64,000 bases of DNA from Escherichia phage vB_EcoM-pEB20: sequence record OP114733. One strand, written 5' to 3'. Position numbers and translations under genes: made by a program. The notes below the pieces were generated by a model. It did no database searches. It was not told the DNA's origin and saw nothing but the letters and a program-made list of their open reading frames with translations. Positions 12,910 through 25,167 of the stretch are shown here, in pieces. The number at the start of each line of letters is the position of its first letter. The first letter of the stretch is position 1.

Positions 12910-13674
12910 TTAATTCATAAACCCATCGTCAAATGGTGAATTTTGTCTACCACGGTTGTTAACTACTACATACGGCTCAACGTATTCACTTGCCTCTGAA
13001 TTGATTTGCTCAACTTCAGAATATTCATCGATATTAATGTCATGGATACCGTCAAGATTTCTAACAGGGTTAAGTTCCAAGTCACTAAATTCAGGTATAT
13101 TGATACCTTCATTTTTCTGAAGCACCGGATTGATTTCTTCGCCAGAGTAAATAAACTTGCCTGCAGTAATTTTACGAATCGCATTTTTACCTACTTGATA
13201 GAATGGGTCATATGGTTCAACCCAGTTAATCTCAAACAAACTGTTGTCCATCGGGAAGTATATTAAATCACCTTCCTTGGGCTCCTGATTGTTGACCTGG
13301 TGTTTGAAAAGACCTGGGTTAATAGATAATGTAACTTCGTCTTGAACTTGCATTCCGAAGTTGCTGAAGAACGATTTCGCTCCTTCATAACCTTCAAAAG
13401 AGTTCAGATATGCAGCAAATTTCCATGCTTTAGTAAATTTATTTTTAAGGTCCTCACCAAAGATAAGGTCCACAGCAACATATTCACGTGGAACATAAAA
13501 ACATTCAATACCGCGCATCTGTATGCTTTCTGCCACTAGAACATCGGCTAATGTCTGACTATTCTCATAGTTATTAAAATTGATAAATGGATTGAGGATT
13601 TCAGTCTCATTTGTCTGAGAATACCCACCACGATTTTCTAGCTTGGCGAAAAGATTTTTATCATAAGTTGCCAT
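12910..13674 (-). CDS. 14: neck protein gp14
   Basis: 254 aa; position and size as T4 gp14. Confidence 0.85.
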   Translation of the reverse strand: MATYDKNLFAKLENRGGYSQTNETEILNPFINFNNYENSQTLADVLVAESIQMRGIECFYVPREYVAVDLIFGEDLKNKFTKAWKFAAYLNSFEGYEGAKSFFSNFGMQVQDEVTLSINPGLFKHQVNNQEPKEGDLIYFPMDNSLFEINWVEPYDPFYQVGKNAIRKITAGKFIYSGEEINPVLQKNEGINIPEFSDLELNPVRNLDGIHDINIDEYSEVEQINSEASEYVEPYVVVNNRGRQNSPFDDGFMN

Positions 13675-13675
13675 A

Positions 13676-14602
13676 TTAACCTACCAAAATACCTGCAGGA
13701 GGGTCCAGTAAATATAACTCTTCTCGTAAAGCTTCTTTCTCTAAACGAGCTTCTTCAATTAATCGAACACCATCAACAGTGACGCCACCCGGTAACATCA
13801 TACCTTGATGTTTAGCAAGAATTTGTCCATTAAGCTCTTTAGCTAATGCAGTTGCATAATCTTTAACCCAGCGGTTGTTATATGCGCCTTGTTTAGTTGC
13901 AGGATCTTCACCAACTCGACGTCCAACCAAATTATGGTCTGGATTATCATAACGTTCAGAAATAGACCATGAATCACGAGGACCGACCTGTCCGTACCCT
14001 ACTGTATTTCCTACCATCTTATGGGTCTCGATATAAGAGCGAACATACGATTCAACGATAATGACATCTTTCTGTCTAAAGTTACCCATTACTTTTAATT
14101 GCTCGTTTGCAGAGTTAAACCAAAAATCTGGAAGAGGAGCAATCATATCTTGAAGCATACCCATATAAGATACTAATTGAGAATAATACCCGAGGTCAGC
14201 GCCAAAAGCGTTCGGACCGTAGAATTTACCACAATTACTACCCATACCACCTGAAACACCAGCCATTCCTAAAAGGAAATCGGTGAACCATGGATAAGTT
14301 GCATTACCATCCATTGAAGTAATAGAGCCAACGTTTGTTCTTATAATTCTTGTTACAGCAAATACATTAGAACCACGCATATCAAATACGCCGTGACGGT
14401 ATTTTTCTTCGTCATCAACAAAAAATACATGGAAACCTTTATTCAACCCGTCAAAATGGTATTCGCCATAAAGTTCTAACGCTCGTGAAATACAATCATA
14501 AATTTGGTCTGTAGTTAATTCAACATTTACAATAGGAGCGCCTAAACGACGTAATATTACATCCTTTAATTCTTTAGGGTTTTGTGCATTATAACCTGAC
14601 AT
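13676..14602 (-). CDS. 13: neck protein gp13
   Basis: 308 aa; position and size as T4 gp13. Confidence 0.85.
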   Translation of the reverse strand: MSGYNAQNPKELKDVILRRLGAPIVNVELTTDQIYDCISRALELYGEYHFDGLNKGFHVFFVDDEEKYRHGVFDMRGSNVFAVTRIIRTNVGSITSMDGNATYPWFTDFLLGMAGVSGGMGSNCGKFYGPNAFGADLGYYSQLVSYMGMLQDMIAPLPDFWFNSANEQLKVMGNFRQKDVIIVESYVRSYIETHKMVGNTVGYGQVGPRDSWSISERYDNPDHNLVGRRVGEDPATKQGAYNNRWVKDYATALAKELNGQILAKHQGMMLPGGVTVDGVRLIEEARLEKEALREELYLLDPPAGILVG

Positions 14603-14613
14603 ATAAATCCTTT

Positions 14614-14629
14614 AGGGCCCGAAGGCCCT
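14614..14629. other. GC hairpin between wac and gene 13
   Basis: agggcc-cgaa-ggccct; T-run follows on plus strand only. Confidence 0.35.
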
Positions 14630-14634
14630 TTTCA

Positions 14635-16083
14635 TTAAGCTGTAGGAAGTTCAACCCATGCACCATCTTTGCGAACATAGAATTTACCGTCTGAAGGAGC
14701 ATCTTCAATATATCCAGCGTCCTTAAGAGTTTGGATTTCAGCTTCTGCAGCGGCCAAATCAGTTTCAAGAGTAGCAATTCTAGAAGTTAAACCATTAATT
14801 GTCGTATCATGACTTTTAACTGTAGGCAATATACCGCGTTCTTCAACAGTTGAACCATTTGGGTTGGTGCCATTTATAAGAGTATTTAATGTGTTTACAG
14901 AACCCTTAATTCCTGTGGAATTAGTCCCAACATCAGTTTGAATGTTCTGAATGTCATTACTCAGCCCACCGATAGTTCCTTCGAGCTCTCGAGTACGATA
15001 AAGCAAAGAGCCGTCTGGTTCCGGTTTCCCACCTGAAGCGTCAACACCAACTACGTTATTTAACCATGACACATTAAAACGCAGTCCTGACGAAGAATCA
15101 GAGCCGACAACAGTGTTCAATGCTCCGATAGCATCAGTATTGAGTTTAATACGTCCTTGGATTGTAGTAGGCAAATCATCAGCGCCAATGGCAGTTTCTA
15201 CTGTAGTCAAACGAGGTTTAATACCACCTGATTGATTGAGCTCAAGATTAATGTCGTTTATTGCTGAACTATTTGCATTAGTGGTAGTAATAATAGAAGT
15301 CGTATTAGGATACCCAATAGACTGTTTAATGCCATCCAAGTCAGCATTTTGACGCGACAAAGTTAAATCAATACTGGAAAGACGACTAAACACTGGAGTA
15401 GTGAAAGAAGTGCGAGGTCCCATTTCTTCGCGCAAGTGTTCAACTTCAATAGTTAAAGAGCCGACGTCAGAATCAGCAAATTTAGTTTCTAGATCAGTTA
15501 ATCGAACACCATGGTCAACAATTACTGAGCTATTAGTCATAATACGGCGTTTCATACCAGTGCTATCATTTCCTGGAGTAGGAACCCCATTAATATCTTG
15601 ACCAGTATATTGTCCTAATTCATTTTTAATCCAAAGCAGGTCATTACGAACCGTTCTATAAACTGAATCTGTTTCCTGATTATAAACACCAATATCATCA
15701 GTATTCGCATCAATATGTTCATTCAAATCATTCAATTCACTAGCATGGGTTTGAACTGTGACTTTAATGACATCAATATCTTGGGTGTTCTGGCCTATCT
15801 GTGCAAGAGCATCAATATCCCCAGAAACATCTAAAATGCCTTGAATAACTTTGATATCTTCATTGGCCGTATTCAAAGAAGATGCTATAGTTTTAATATT
15901 AACATCTAACGCTTCTACGTTACGTTGAACTTCAACAATAGGACGGTTCATTACACCTTCAGAACCGTATTTTGTGTCAGCACCTGTTATTTCTTCATCG
16001 TTTTTAATCCATTCAATACGACTCTGACCCGCTTCTGGCGGGCCGTCAACATATGGTAAATCTACCAGAGATATATCAGCCAT
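14635..16083 (-). CDS. wac: fibritin (whisker) Wac
   Basis: 482 aa segmented coiled-coil protein with foldon-like C-terminus YVRKDGAWVEL. Confidence 0.88.
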   Translation of the reverse strand: MADISLVDLPYVDGPPEAGQSRIEWIKNDEEITGADTKYGSEGVMNRPIVEVQRNVEALDVNIKTIASSLNTANEDIKVIQGILDVSGDIDALAQIGQNTQDIDVIKVTVQTHASELNDLNEHIDANTDDIGVYNQETDSVYRTVRNDLLWIKNELGQYTGQDINGVPTPGNDSTGMKRRIMTNSSVIVDHGVRLTDLETKFADSDVGSLTIEVEHLREEMGPRTSFTTPVFSRLSSIDLTLSRQNADLDGIKQSIGYPNTTSIITTTNANSSAINDINLELNQSGGIKPRLTTVETAIGADDLPTTIQGRIKLNTDAIGALNTVVGSDSSSGLRFNVSWLNNVVGVDASGGKPEPDGSLLYRTRELEGTIGGLSNDIQNIQTDVGTNSTGIKGSVNTLNTLINGTNPNGSTVEERGILPTVKSHDTTINGLTSRIATLETDLAAAEAEIQTLKDAGYIEDAPSDGKFYVRKDGAWVELPTA

Positions 16084-17666
16084 TATTTTACCTTAATGAT
16101 ATAGTTTAAAGAAATATTCCATGGGCGAGTTTCATTTCCAATTAATTCTGGACGATTCATGGTATATCTAGAGTTACGCTGAGACGCTGGATCAATTTCA
16201 TATCCTTCGTTAGTAAAATATGAACGGTTATCCCAGTCAAGTCCTTTACGAGTACCAACAAAGTTTGAACGACGAGTATTACCAAATGCACCGGAATCGT
16301 CATATTCGCCAAAACCGCCTGCGTGTTTATGATATGACATCTGTTGTTTTTGCACTTCACCAACATATCCACCGGTACAACCAACTCCTAAACGAGGTTT
16401 ACCAAATTGGTCATTACCATTAACATTAGGGTTAGTTAAATGTGTACCACGACCTGAGCCGCGAACAAATAATCCACGCATATCAGGCAAGCCCGGGTTA
16501 GAAGAGCTACCACCATATCGTGTCCCAATTCTGGAAGCATATACCGGACATTCTGAAGCAGAAACGGTCCCACCGTGACAGAAGCGCCAGTCAGAACTCG
16601 GTAAACTATCTGCAGCCCACATTGTAATAGAGCCAACTGGAAGAATTCTGTCTAATTCATTTTGAGTCACAATACGATTGCCTTGAATATAACCACCAGT
16701 CATATTGACATTACCAGTTATATTAGCGCCACCGGAACCAACCGTCAGCGTATTATTAATGCGAAGAGTGCCATTAATAGTTTGTCCGCCTCGTTGGTGG
16801 ATAACATCAGCATTCCAAGCAAGAGCAGAAGAACCATCGCCACCTGATTGGCTACCCGCTTGTGTAGTTAAACGAACAACTCCACGTAAAGAAGTTGTAG
16901 CACCACGCCCGTTTAATGTTGCGCCGGTCACTACAACTGAAGAGTTGTTACTATTTACTTCAGTCTGTGTCCCTAGTTTAACGACACCTTTATTAGTTTC
17001 TGATGCTACTGAATTCATAAAGGTATAAGGTGAAATTGCATAGCCTTCACGCAGGGTGCCTTGTTGTGCTTGAGCGACTGTAGCCAAACGAACAACACCG
17101 GTAATAGATTCGCTGGCGTCACTATTATTTGGAGCAATTTGTGAAATAAGTTTAATTGCTAATTGCTGGGTTTTTAACGGGGTCATTGCCGTTGTATCGT
17201 CAGAACCAGCTAATGCCGCAGCAGAAGTTGAAATTTTAATTACACCATTTGTTGCTTCTGTTGATACTTTTGTCTGGAATACATTGTCTATTTTTTGATT
17301 CAATTTAAGCGGAGTAATTGATGCATCGTCAATAGTTCCTGTTACTGCTTCATCTTCAGTAGCATAACGAGTTAAGCCATATTGAGTTTCGGTTGCATTA
17401 GGATATTGTAGACGAGCATTCAGTGTTGCCGGAGTAACAGCTTTACTATTATCTAATCCATCAATAACTTCTTGTGGAGTAGCTATTTGAATAATTCCTG
17501 GTGTAGTAGTTGTTGCTTCTGGTACACCATTAACACCTGAAGGAGAAATAGCAGCTAATGCGGCTTGGACATTAGTGACTGTATCTGGAAAATTCGACCC
17601 CGTAGGGTCGAATTCAACGTAAATGGATTCGTTTGAAACGTGTTGGTATGTATTGTTATTACTCAT
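16083..17666 (-). CDS. 12: short tail fiber gp12
   Basis: 527 aa, same as T4 gp12; Gly/Thr/Asn-rich repeats. Confidence 0.88.
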   Translation of the reverse strand: MSNNNTYQHVSNESIYVEFDPTGSNFPDTVTNVQAALAAISPSGVNGVPEATTTTPGIIQIATPQEVIDGLDNSKAVTPATLNARLQYPNATETQYGLTRYATEDEAVTGTIDDASITPLKLNQKIDNVFQTKVSTEATNGVIKISTSAAALAGSDDTTAMTPLKTQQLAIKLISQIAPNNSDASESITGVVRLATVAQAQQGTLREGYAISPYTFMNSVASETNKGVVKLGTQTEVNSNNSSVVVTGATLNGRGATTSLRGVVRLTTQAGSQSGGDGSSALAWNADVIHQRGGQTINGTLRINNTLTVGSGGANITGNVNMTGGYIQGNRIVTQNELDRILPVGSITMWAADSLPSSDWRFCHGGTVSASECPVYASRIGTRYGGSSSNPGLPDMRGLFVRGSGRGTHLTNPNVNGNDQFGKPRLGVGCTGGYVGEVQKQQMSYHKHAGGFGEYDDSGAFGNTRRSNFVGTRKGLDWDNRSYFTNEGYEIDPASQRNSRYTMNRPELIGNETRPWNISLNYIIKVK

Positions 17667-18322
17667 GAGGCTCTCACAAAGTGGTAGAAAACGGTAGGAG
17701 TATTATGGTTATCAAGAGTAACCGTTTGGGCACCCAATAAATTCCATGTTCCGTATCCGGATTTTGCTTCAGACAAAATTTCTTGCGAAATTGTTACACC
17801 AAACGAAGCATATGTTGGCAACACATGACGTTGGTTATCTAAATATGTCACCTGAAGTTTATTACCTTCGGACGGATGGTCTTTATAAGAAGAAATAGCG
17901 ATTTGATTAGCAATGGCTTCTTGTAAAGCTATACGAACTTGTGCCGTTAATTCGTTATCAGTCATACCGATTGTTGCTTTAACCGCAAGTCCAAATACAT
18001 TAATAACGACCGGCGTTCCAGGGGCCAAAGTATCGTCGAGAACATCACCAGAAAAAGTCCAATAATCAACTTGTGCTGTACCTTCAGGCGATATGCCTGA
18101 AGTGTTTGTGACAACAGTACCAATATCAGCTCGTGCCATATTATGGACATCATTTATTGCAGATTCTACGTTAGCATCATAAAAACCACGAGCTAACTGA
18201 GAAATAGTCACGGAACCTACAGCTTGGTTGTTTAAAACATCAATTTGAGCTGGATTTTTTCTGTAATTCAAAAAATCAGCATGACGGGAAATAACTCCCG
18301 CCTTTGTATTAAGTACAGTCAT
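17663..18322 (-). CDS. 11: baseplate wedge / short-fiber attachment gp11
   Basis: start trimmed to [12 protein letters not shown], giving 219 aa as in T4; TAATG overlap with gene 10. Confidence 0.85.
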   Translation of the reverse strand: MTVLNTKAGVISRHADFLNYRKNPAQIDVLNNQAVGSVTISQLARGFYDANVESAINDVHNMARADIGTVVTNTSGISPEGTAQVDYWTFSGDVLDDTLAPGTPVVINVFGLAVKATIGMTDNELTAQVRIALQEAIANQIAISSYKDHPSEGNKLQVTYLDNQRHVLPTYASFGVTISQEILSEAKSGYGTWNLLGAQTVTLDNHNTPTVFYHFVRAS

Positions 18323-20127
18323 TATGCAATCCTTACCCAACGGTATACAGTTATAGATGGCTGAATATTAGTTATAGAACGCGCTGGAACATGAGATCCA
18401 TTAGTCTTTGCATGGTCTTCACGATATTTAGTGTAAATAGGACCTTCTTCATCCGGGTCGTATTGGCAACCGCCTATAATTACTGTACCATTATCATCAG
18501 AAATAAGAACCTTTTCGTCGGTTTGTGTAGCCGGTAAATCAGCATTTTCTAATGTGATGGTTGTTACACCAACGGTACCACCTGCGGTATGAGTAGGGTT
18601 ACCATTGACGTCAAGGTCATTATTATTTAATGCAAAATTAGGATCCGACGCGTCGTCATTCCAACCTGCTAATACTTTGCCTTGTCCCCAAATTTTCCAC
18701 GAACCAAAACCTAAATAAGTGGCCGGATTATTAGGGTTAACCGCATTTTCGTAAATAGTCCCGACAGGATAAATTGTATCAAATATTGCTGAGATAGTCG
18801 AGAATTCACGTTCATACTTAGGAACAGGTTCTACATTAGGCCATCCAATTTTATCGAAATCAGTTAATGCAACGTCACCAGTAATTTCAATGTTAGACCC
18901 TTGAGAAACATATTTCTCATCAGCGACATCAAGGATTTCTTCCATTTCAAGAAGAGTTCCTAAATCGTTATTAAACCATGTGATGGTAATAATGTCTTGG
19001 TCTTCAAATTGACGGTCAAACAGAATTGCGCTAGGGATATTATCAGTATATTCAATCGCATAATCTGTATACGATTGAGTCCATGTCCCACCGAGATTAG
19101 CGCATGACTCTTCAGAATCAGCATCCACGCCTTCACAACGGAAAATAGGAGTTCCAACAGTACCAGCTAATTCTTGGAGAATACCATTGAAGCGAACTTC
19201 TAATGAATTCGGGTTAGGTGGTTCCGTAGGATTAATACCAAATGCTGTAAATGGAATAGACCGGAACGTACTCAAATCAGTGACGTAAATACTTCCGTCA
19301 ATAGACTTTTTAGCAGTCAATTTACTATCTAAAATGCGAACTTGGCGACGAGTATATGAACTACGCCACTGAGAAACACCGTCTAGGAATGTCTCAATTT
19401 GTACAGTGTCGCCAACATTACATGGTTGACGTAATCTAATATTAAATCCATCAAGTGCAACCAGTTCACCAGGATTAGCGCCTGGAGAACCAAAATCACT
19501 ATTATCACTGAATACATCACCATAATACAATTCGTTGCCACGATGTTTTACGCGAATGTTGTTAACGTTATAAGAGGTCCCGTTAAAAACATCCATGAAA
19601 TCGGTCTGACCTTGGGTTTCAACCAGATATTCTCTACGAGCAACATTACTAATGTCAGAGCTAACTATTTTATCAATTTGTTTGTTCTTGATGTATTCCC
19701 AACGTCCAGGAGCACAATAAACTAATTCTAAATCAGAGAACTGAACGTTAATTTCTACCGGAGATGAAGAACCTTTAATCGTGTCTCCGTTTGCCGGAAT
19801 TAAAGTAACAGGGTTAATGTTCCAAGTTGCAAATACGTCACGAGCACGAATAACTTTATTATAGTCTGCAATTGTCCCTTTAGGAAGATTTACCGAAACT
19901 CGTCCAGAAGTAGTATTAATTGCATAAGATTTACCCCAAGCAGCCTTAAGATTAAGACCATCAGCCGCATCATAAGTCTTCCATGCACCAGCTGCATAAG
20001 GAACTTCACCATCACCTAATTCATAATAGATTTCGTCAAAGTTCTCATTTATTTTTTCACCACCTCGACGAAGGTAATCGCCTTGTCCGTCATCAACGAC
20101 GTTACCAATTTTAATATTTTGTTTCAT
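18322..20127 (-). CDS. 10: baseplate wedge protein gp10
   Basis: 601 aa; order 9-10-11. Confidence 0.88.
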   Translation of the reverse strand: MKQNIKIGNVVDDGQGDYLRRGGEKINENFDEIYYELGDGEVPYAAGAWKTYDAADGLNLKAAWGKSYAINTTSGRVSVNLPKGTIADYNKVIRARDVFATWNINPVTLIPANGDTIKGSSSPVEINVQFSDLELVYCAPGRWEYIKNKQIDKIVSSDISNVARREYLVETQGQTDFMDVFNGTSYNVNNIRVKHRGNELYYGDVFSDNSDFGSPGANPGELVALDGFNIRLRQPCNVGDTVQIETFLDGVSQWRSSYTRRQVRILDSKLTAKKSIDGSIYVTDLSTFRSIPFTAFGINPTEPPNPNSLEVRFNGILQELAGTVGTPIFRCEGVDADSEESCANLGGTWTQSYTDYAIEYTDNIPSAILFDRQFEDQDIITITWFNNDLGTLLEMEEILDVADEKYVSQGSNIEITGDVALTDFDKIGWPNVEPVPKYEREFSTISAIFDTIYPVGTIYENAVNPNNPATYLGFGSWKIWGQGKVLAGWNDDASDPNFALNNNDLDVNGNPTHTAGGTVGVTTITLENADLPATQTDEKVLISDDNGTVIIGGCQYDPDEEGPIYTKYREDHAKTNGSHVPARSITNIQPSITVYRWVRIA

Positions 20128-20999
20128 TATTGAGCGACCCCAATTTTCTGAGTTGAGATAATTTTAACTGCCGAACGTAATCCAATAATATCGGATGTAA
20201 TCGTCATAGTAGCAAAGTTGTTAATAATACTAAAGCTAATATTAGCAATCTCGTCGGTTTCATCTACATTACCAACTCGCATTACTGCAAATTCGGTAGA
20301 AAGAACTTCTGAGTTAATTGTATCTATTAGAATATTTATTTCGCATGTTTTTATTTTTCTACCGTCAGCAGATTGGCATGTAACAAGCAATTTAGCCATG
20401 TTATAATCTGTGCGATAAAACAGAGGAATAGAAACTGTGTTTCCTGTAAGACTCCAAGTTCCATCGACAGGAGATTCTTTCTGCCCAAACATGCTATCAG
20501 TAGAATAATTCCATACTGAAGTTGGCCCATTAAGTTCAACACAACGAAGAACAACATGGGTATAAGGGGTGGAAATAACAAGATTATTAAGAACACCTTT
20601 AATCGAACCATCGGTTACTTGGATACTTAAAGGATTGTTAACAGAAATAGACCCATTAGAGTTTATGAATTCTACAGAGTCACCTAATTCAGGACGGTCA
20701 ATAATAACAATCACACCACCATCAGAAGCATCAATATCATGCATAGTGCCTGGTTTAATAGGAGTTTGATAATCGACCGCCTTTCCTTTTTGATAATAAC
20801 CTGTGGCATGAATAGTTTGACCTGTAGGTCCGGTTCCATCTGCTACGGCCATTTTACGTTGATCGCCAAATGCATTGTAAATAGCGTTGATATCGTCATT
20901 TATTTTATTACCACCGTCGAATAAGATATCACCTGTTGAGGCATTACCAATTTCGCCGGTATCGATTAATTGTTTAGGAGTTTGCTTAAAAAATGCCAT
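20127..20999 (-). CDS. 9: baseplate wedge protein gp9 (long tail fiber socket)
   Basis: 290 aa; position before gene 10. Confidence 0.85.
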   Translation of the reverse strand: MAFFKQTPKQLIDTGEIGNASTGDILFDGGNKINDDINAIYNAFGDQRKMAVADGTGPTGQTIHATGYYQKGKAVDYQTPIKPGTMHDIDASDGGVIVIIDRPELGDSVEFINSNGSISVNNPLSIQVTDGSIKGVLNNLVISTPYTHVVLRCVELNGPTSVWNYSTDSMFGQKESPVDGTWSLTGNTVSIPLFYRTDYNMAKLLVTCQSADGRKIKTCEINILIDTINSEVLSTEFAVMRVGNVDETDEIANISFSIINNFATMTITSDIIGLRSAVKIISTQKIGVAQ

Positions 21000-21032
21000 A
21001 ATTCTGCCTTTTGTTGTCCGATATTATATTCT

Positions 21033-21040
21033 ATTTATAG
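21033..21040 (-). promoter_or_regulatory. late promoter TATAAATA for gene 9
   Basis: rc TATAAATA 34 bp upstream of gene 9 ATG. Confidence 0.55.
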
Positions 21041-21050
21041 ATACAAAAAT

Positions 21051-21068
21051 GGGAGCCCGAAGGCTCCC
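21051..21068 (-). terminator. hairpin terminator after gene 8
   Basis: gggagcc-cgaa-ggctccc followed by TTTTT on minus strand. Confidence 0.6.
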
Positions 21069-21071
21069 TAA

Positions 21072-22076
21072 TTAAAACATAAACAAAATGTTAATTTCTT
21101 CTGTTTGGTCCATTGCCATAATAACAGGTGGTCGGTTTTCCATATAAATCATTTCACCGGAATGACGTTGCAGGTCTCTAGGGTCGTAATAATCCTTTTC
21201 TGCTTTAACATTAGGGTCATTTGGATTTTTCTTAGCTTCTAACGGGTTTGCGATAATTGATATCTGTCTAAAACCCTTGTTACCAGGCAAAGCTGCCTCA
21301 GGGAAATAAACAGAATCAAAATATGCTTTAAACCGCATCGTATTAGCTTTAACACGGTAAATCAAACCGTAGTCATCTTGTTGCCAAGTTAAGTTATTTT
21401 CATATCCCCAACGGGTGGGGTCTTCTTTAATTTCTTCCGGCCATGGAACTACAAGATATTCGTTAGTGCAACGGTTAATTGACACATCGGCAGGAATCTC
21501 ATAAAGGTATTCCCAAATATATCCATCACCGGTTTCGATAACCCCATTAGCATCGCCTCTGCCTTCAGGAGGAGACATAGAACGAACAGACGGAGTCCAT
21601 TTACCACCCAATTTAAGACATTCATCTTTATTATCTAAAGATTCTATTGAACAGAGCCCTACGTCAGGGACATCTAAACAACGGTAAATTAACCAACCGG
21701 CTCCAACTTCTGTCGCGTTGTACGGAGCAGTATTACATGCGACTATATCGTTAATTCTAAACGTGTAAGGGTCTGGATATCGCACATCTCCCCAATCACG
21801 TCTAGGAATAACAGAATCTAACATTGAAGGTAAAACTTTAACGGTACCCATCATATGGGTCCACATATCAGTAACACCAAGAACAGAATCTGTAGGATAA
21901 GGTGGGGCGAAGCCCACCTCATTTTCATTTGACGCCCAAGGCTCTGAACGTCCAAACGTAATATAAATGGAGTTCTTATCATCTCCATCCCCAACTGAAT
22001 TATAAAAATTCAGCATTTTCTCTGTTCTAAATTTTGATGTAACTATTGCACGATAGATAACACTTGAATCATTCAT
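21072..22076 (-). CDS. 8: baseplate wedge protein gp8
   Basis: 334 aa, same as T4 gp8. Confidence 0.88.
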   Translation of the reverse strand: MNDSSVIYRAIVTSKFRTEKMLNFYNSVGDGDDKNSIYITFGRSEPWASNENEVGFAPPYPTDSVLGVTDMWTHMMGTVKVLPSMLDSVIPRRDWGDVRYPDPYTFRINDIVACNTAPYNATEVGAGWLIYRCLDVPDVGLCSIESLDNKDECLKLGGKWTPSVRSMSPPEGRGDANGVIETGDGYIWEYLYEIPADVSINRCTNEYLVVPWPEEIKEDPTRWGYENNLTWQQDDYGLIYRVKANTMRFKAYFDSVYFPEAALPGNKGFRQISIIANPLEAKKNPNDPNVKAEKDYYDPRDLQRHSGEMIYMENRPPVIMAMDQTEEINILFMF

Positions 22077-25000
22077 CTAATTTAACCTGTGGTGGATTCA
22101 CGGGGTCTCTTGGATTTCCTACATTATCGATTAACCGTTGTTCAACCAAATCTCTAAATCTAGAGAATGTTGTTCCGGACGCATCAAATAATGGGCTCAT
22201 CAGTTTACGTCGTTCCGATGGAAGTTGACCTTGAAATATGGAGTTATTGTTTTCAGCGTTATAATCTTCAGGCAATGGATAATCTTGACCAGCCATAGGG
22301 CCTATTTCATATATCGCTTTACCTGTAATAGGATCAAACTCAACATTTCCTTGTGGGTCTAATTTAGCCACTCGGTCTGCATATTTAGTCGGTAATCCAG
22401 AATCCCACTTATAGTTTTTGTATTTATTAATAATGGTTTCAACATGTTTAAGTGTTAATCCGGTGTTAATAAACATTGTGAGAAGGGTAATTGCGATAAA
22501 TCCAAATCCAACCGGATGAACAAAACGTAATACGTCTGATTTCCAACGAGATGATGGAAGTTTAGATTTAATCTTCATTACGTAGTATGCTCTACCACGA
22601 TTTATGTAATCGATGTTGTTCTGAGAAAGCTCTTTACCTTTAATACCACGAACAATTTCACCTTCAAAACCAGGGAGTCTTTCAGCTTTAACTTCCTGTC
22701 CTTGGATTAAACGACCTAAGAGGTTGTGAATTGTTACAGTCCATTGTAATTTACCTTTAGAGTAACTTCTCTCGATATACGTTACATTACAACGTCCTGT
22801 AGCGGTGTATATGGTTTGTCCGACCAAATCTTCTGTCAACGAATCAGATTCAATGATGATATCATATTCGGTCCCGGAACTAGATTCAATTTCAATTTCA
22901 ACATCTTCGTTATAAAGCACTTTAAACAAGAATTTATATGACGCTTCGGTTCCTTTAGTTGAATAGAAGTCATAACTTCTTGATTCAAAGAAACGAGACA
23001 CTAAATCGCGTTTTTCGGCATTTAAGTAAATGTTTCGTTTATAAATCTCAGACCATAAATATTCCCACGCATGTTCTTCGCGCGGATATTGATTTTTAAT
23101 AAGATTTAAAAGGTTGTTATAATGGGTCCCATAACCGTCAGAAAGATACTGAATATAAGCCTCGCAGAATGCTTCAAAGTTTGTATTATCTAAAAGATAA
23201 GACTCCGGCATCATTGTAGTGAGCAATGGTCGTAAATCTGGGTCTGCAATACCGTCCTCTTCTACAGGAGTCCATGTGGTATCTTTTTCTTGGTTTTGTA
23301 ATGATGCTGTTAAGAATATATTAGTAGGCTTCCAAATTATAGAAACATTATCTCTAACACGATAACTAAAATCATAATAAGAAATAATCTCACCTGATGA
23401 TTTATAGAAAATCATGCCGGATGCATATTTTTTAAATCCGGTGAAATCTACGTTAGGCATCACTATTGTACAGTCACCGTCCTTCCAATATTCATGAACT
23501 TCACGGTCTGAAGAACTAAGTGGATGATTCTCAATAACCTTAGTGTAAAGTAAATCAGAATAAATTACAACGGCCTTGTCTGAGTTATTAATCCAACAAC
23601 GAGTACCAGACTTTCTAGAATAACTAAAGAATGGCTCAGCATAGTATTCCATTGGTTGGGGAGTGAACGATTCCCATTGAGAGTCTTCAGTTGAAATAAA
23701 TGCCATCATATGATAATGTTTATCAGCCAGCCATTCACGAGGATACTCATATTTAACAGCACCGATTAAACCGTACTTGACTTGTGTTTTTGGGTCGTCA
23801 ACAATATCTGATTCTAGAAATTTAAAATTACTAGATGAAATAGATAACTCAACACCATCAGTAGACATACTGGTGTACCCAGGTTCAATACGACGGCGTT
23901 CTTCTTCAGTATTACCAAACACACGTTTAAATGTGCCAGCATCATGGTCTAGAACGTAAACACCCTTATCAGCAGAATCAACAATAGGAGTGGTCCTCGG
24001 GTCGTCATTAAGATTAACAACTTCACCGATAATCAGTGCAAATATTTTACCACCGACAGAATCCATTTTATAGCAAACTGCCTTAGGGTTACCTGTGATG
24101 TTAAATGTTTCTTGTTCAAACAAACGTTCGGAATATGTCGGAGATAACGGGTCTGAATCAATAGGGGCATTACTAGTTTTAATAAAACGAACTTTATCTC
24201 GAGCAGCAACGTATACATAATCGTCATTGCAAACGATAGCTTCTGCAATACGTGATACGTTAGCAGGTAATGATGCGTAGTTACCAAATATTTCTACATC
24301 AAATCCTAAATTTAACTGGTCACCAATTTTAGCAAATGTTATATCTTGAGAACTAAATCTAACATCATCAGCAGACCAACGAACGTCAGTTGATTTACGG
24401 CCGTAAAATAATTTATCATACCCAAGAACATACGTGGTGTAATCTGTCTGGTAATACACTGTTCTTGATACAGGGTACCCTACACGGTCATTAAACAATT
24501 TAACCGATTTCCAGGTTTGTCCCTTATCATTAGAGACTTTAACCACAGGCTGATACCGTTCAAACAAATAAAGAATTCCTTCGGATTCCATCAAATAAAC
24601 ACGGTTTATATCATGACACACCTGTTGAATCGAACCTTGAATTTCATGATACTCGTTTTCGCCAATAATGAAATTTTTAATAGATGAAATATCCGCATAA
24701 GCAGGGCTAAATTGGAACGATTCATTCATTAGAGCTGCCATTATAGTGTCGTTATTAAAATCGACATAAGCCATGTTGTTATTTGTAAATTTTTCTCTAA
24801 TAAAAGTGTTAGCCAATTGCATTTCAATCATATGTTGAAATGTATACGCGTTAGTCTGAAATGATTCAAATATTTCGGTATATACCCAATCAGATCTCTC
24901 AAAGCCTTCAGCGGCAGTTGATACACGAATAATATAAGAAGTTAATGGGTCTAAACTATTTTCGAACCAGTTGCTATTAGGGGTATATCCTAAATTTATC

Positions 25001-25167
25001 CATCTGTAGCTGGCAGGGGGAATTATTCCCCCGTCTGCCGTTTTAGTCTCAGCGATTTCTACGAAATAGTAGAAATTAGCACCAACGTCATCCCAGCGTA
25101 TTTGAACTTGGTTAGCGGACAACTTGGATATTCTGAGACTTGTGACTGCTGGCGCTTTTACTGTCAT
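22069..25167 (-). CDS. 7: baseplate wedge protein gp7
   Basis: 1032 aa, same as T4 gp7. Confidence 0.9.
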   Translation of the reverse strand: MTVKAPAVTSLRISKLSANQVQIRWDDVGANFYYFVEIAETKTADGGIIPPASYRWINLGYTPNSNWFENSLDPLTSYIIRVSTAAEGFERSDWVYTEIFESFQTNAYTFQHMIEMQLANTFIREKFTNNNMAYVDFNNDTIMAALMNESFQFSPAYADISSIKNFIIGENEYHEIQGSIQQVCHDINRVYLMESEGILYLFERYQPVVKVSNDKGQTWKSVKLFNDRVGYPVSRTVYYQTDYTTYVLGYDKLFYGRKSTDVRWSADDVRFSSQDITFAKIGDQLNLGFDVEIFGNYASLPANVSRIAEAIVCNDDYVYVAARDKVRFIKTSNAPIDSDPLSPTYSERLFEQETFNITGNPKAVCYKMDSVGGKIFALIIGEVVNLNDDPRTTPIVDSADKGVYVLDHDAGTFKRVFGNTEEERRRIEPGYTSMSTDGVELSISSSNFKFLESDIVDDPKTQVKYGLIGAVKYEYPREWLADKHYHMMAFISTEDSQWESFTPQPMEYYAEPFFSYSRKSGTRCWINNSDKAVVIYSDLLYTKVIENHPLSSSDREVHEYWKDGDCTIVMPNVDFTGFKKYASGMIFYKSSGEIISYYDFSYRVRDNVSIIWKPTNIFLTASLQNQEKDTTWTPVEEDGIADPDLRPLLTTMMPESYLLDNTNFEAFCEAYIQYLSDGYGTHYNNLLNLIKNQYPREEHAWEYLWSEIYKRNIYLNAEKRDLVSRFFESRSYDFYSTKGTEASYKFLFKVLYNEDVEIEIESSSGTEYDIIIESDSLTEDLVGQTIYTATGRCNVTYIERSYSKGKLQWTVTIHNLLGRLIQGQEVKAERLPGFEGEIVRGIKGKELSQNNIDYINRGRAYYVMKIKSKLPSSRWKSDVLRFVHPVGFGFIAITLLTMFINTGLTLKHVETIINKYKNYKWDSGLPTKYADRVAKLDPQGNVEFDPITGKAIYEIGPMAGQDYPLPEDYNAENNNSIFQGQLPSERRKLMSPLFDASGTTFSRFRDLVEQRLIDNVGNPRDPVNPPQVKLDE

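Noticed and set aside
12898-12911. tatttatt box upstream of gene 15 as a late promoter
   Set aside because: Its reverse complement is AATAAATA, which lacks the first T of the consensus, and it overlaps the gene 14 stop.
14614-14629. GC hairpin between wac and gene 13 as a minus-strand terminator
   Set aside because: On the minus strand it is not followed by a U-run; kept only as a structural element.
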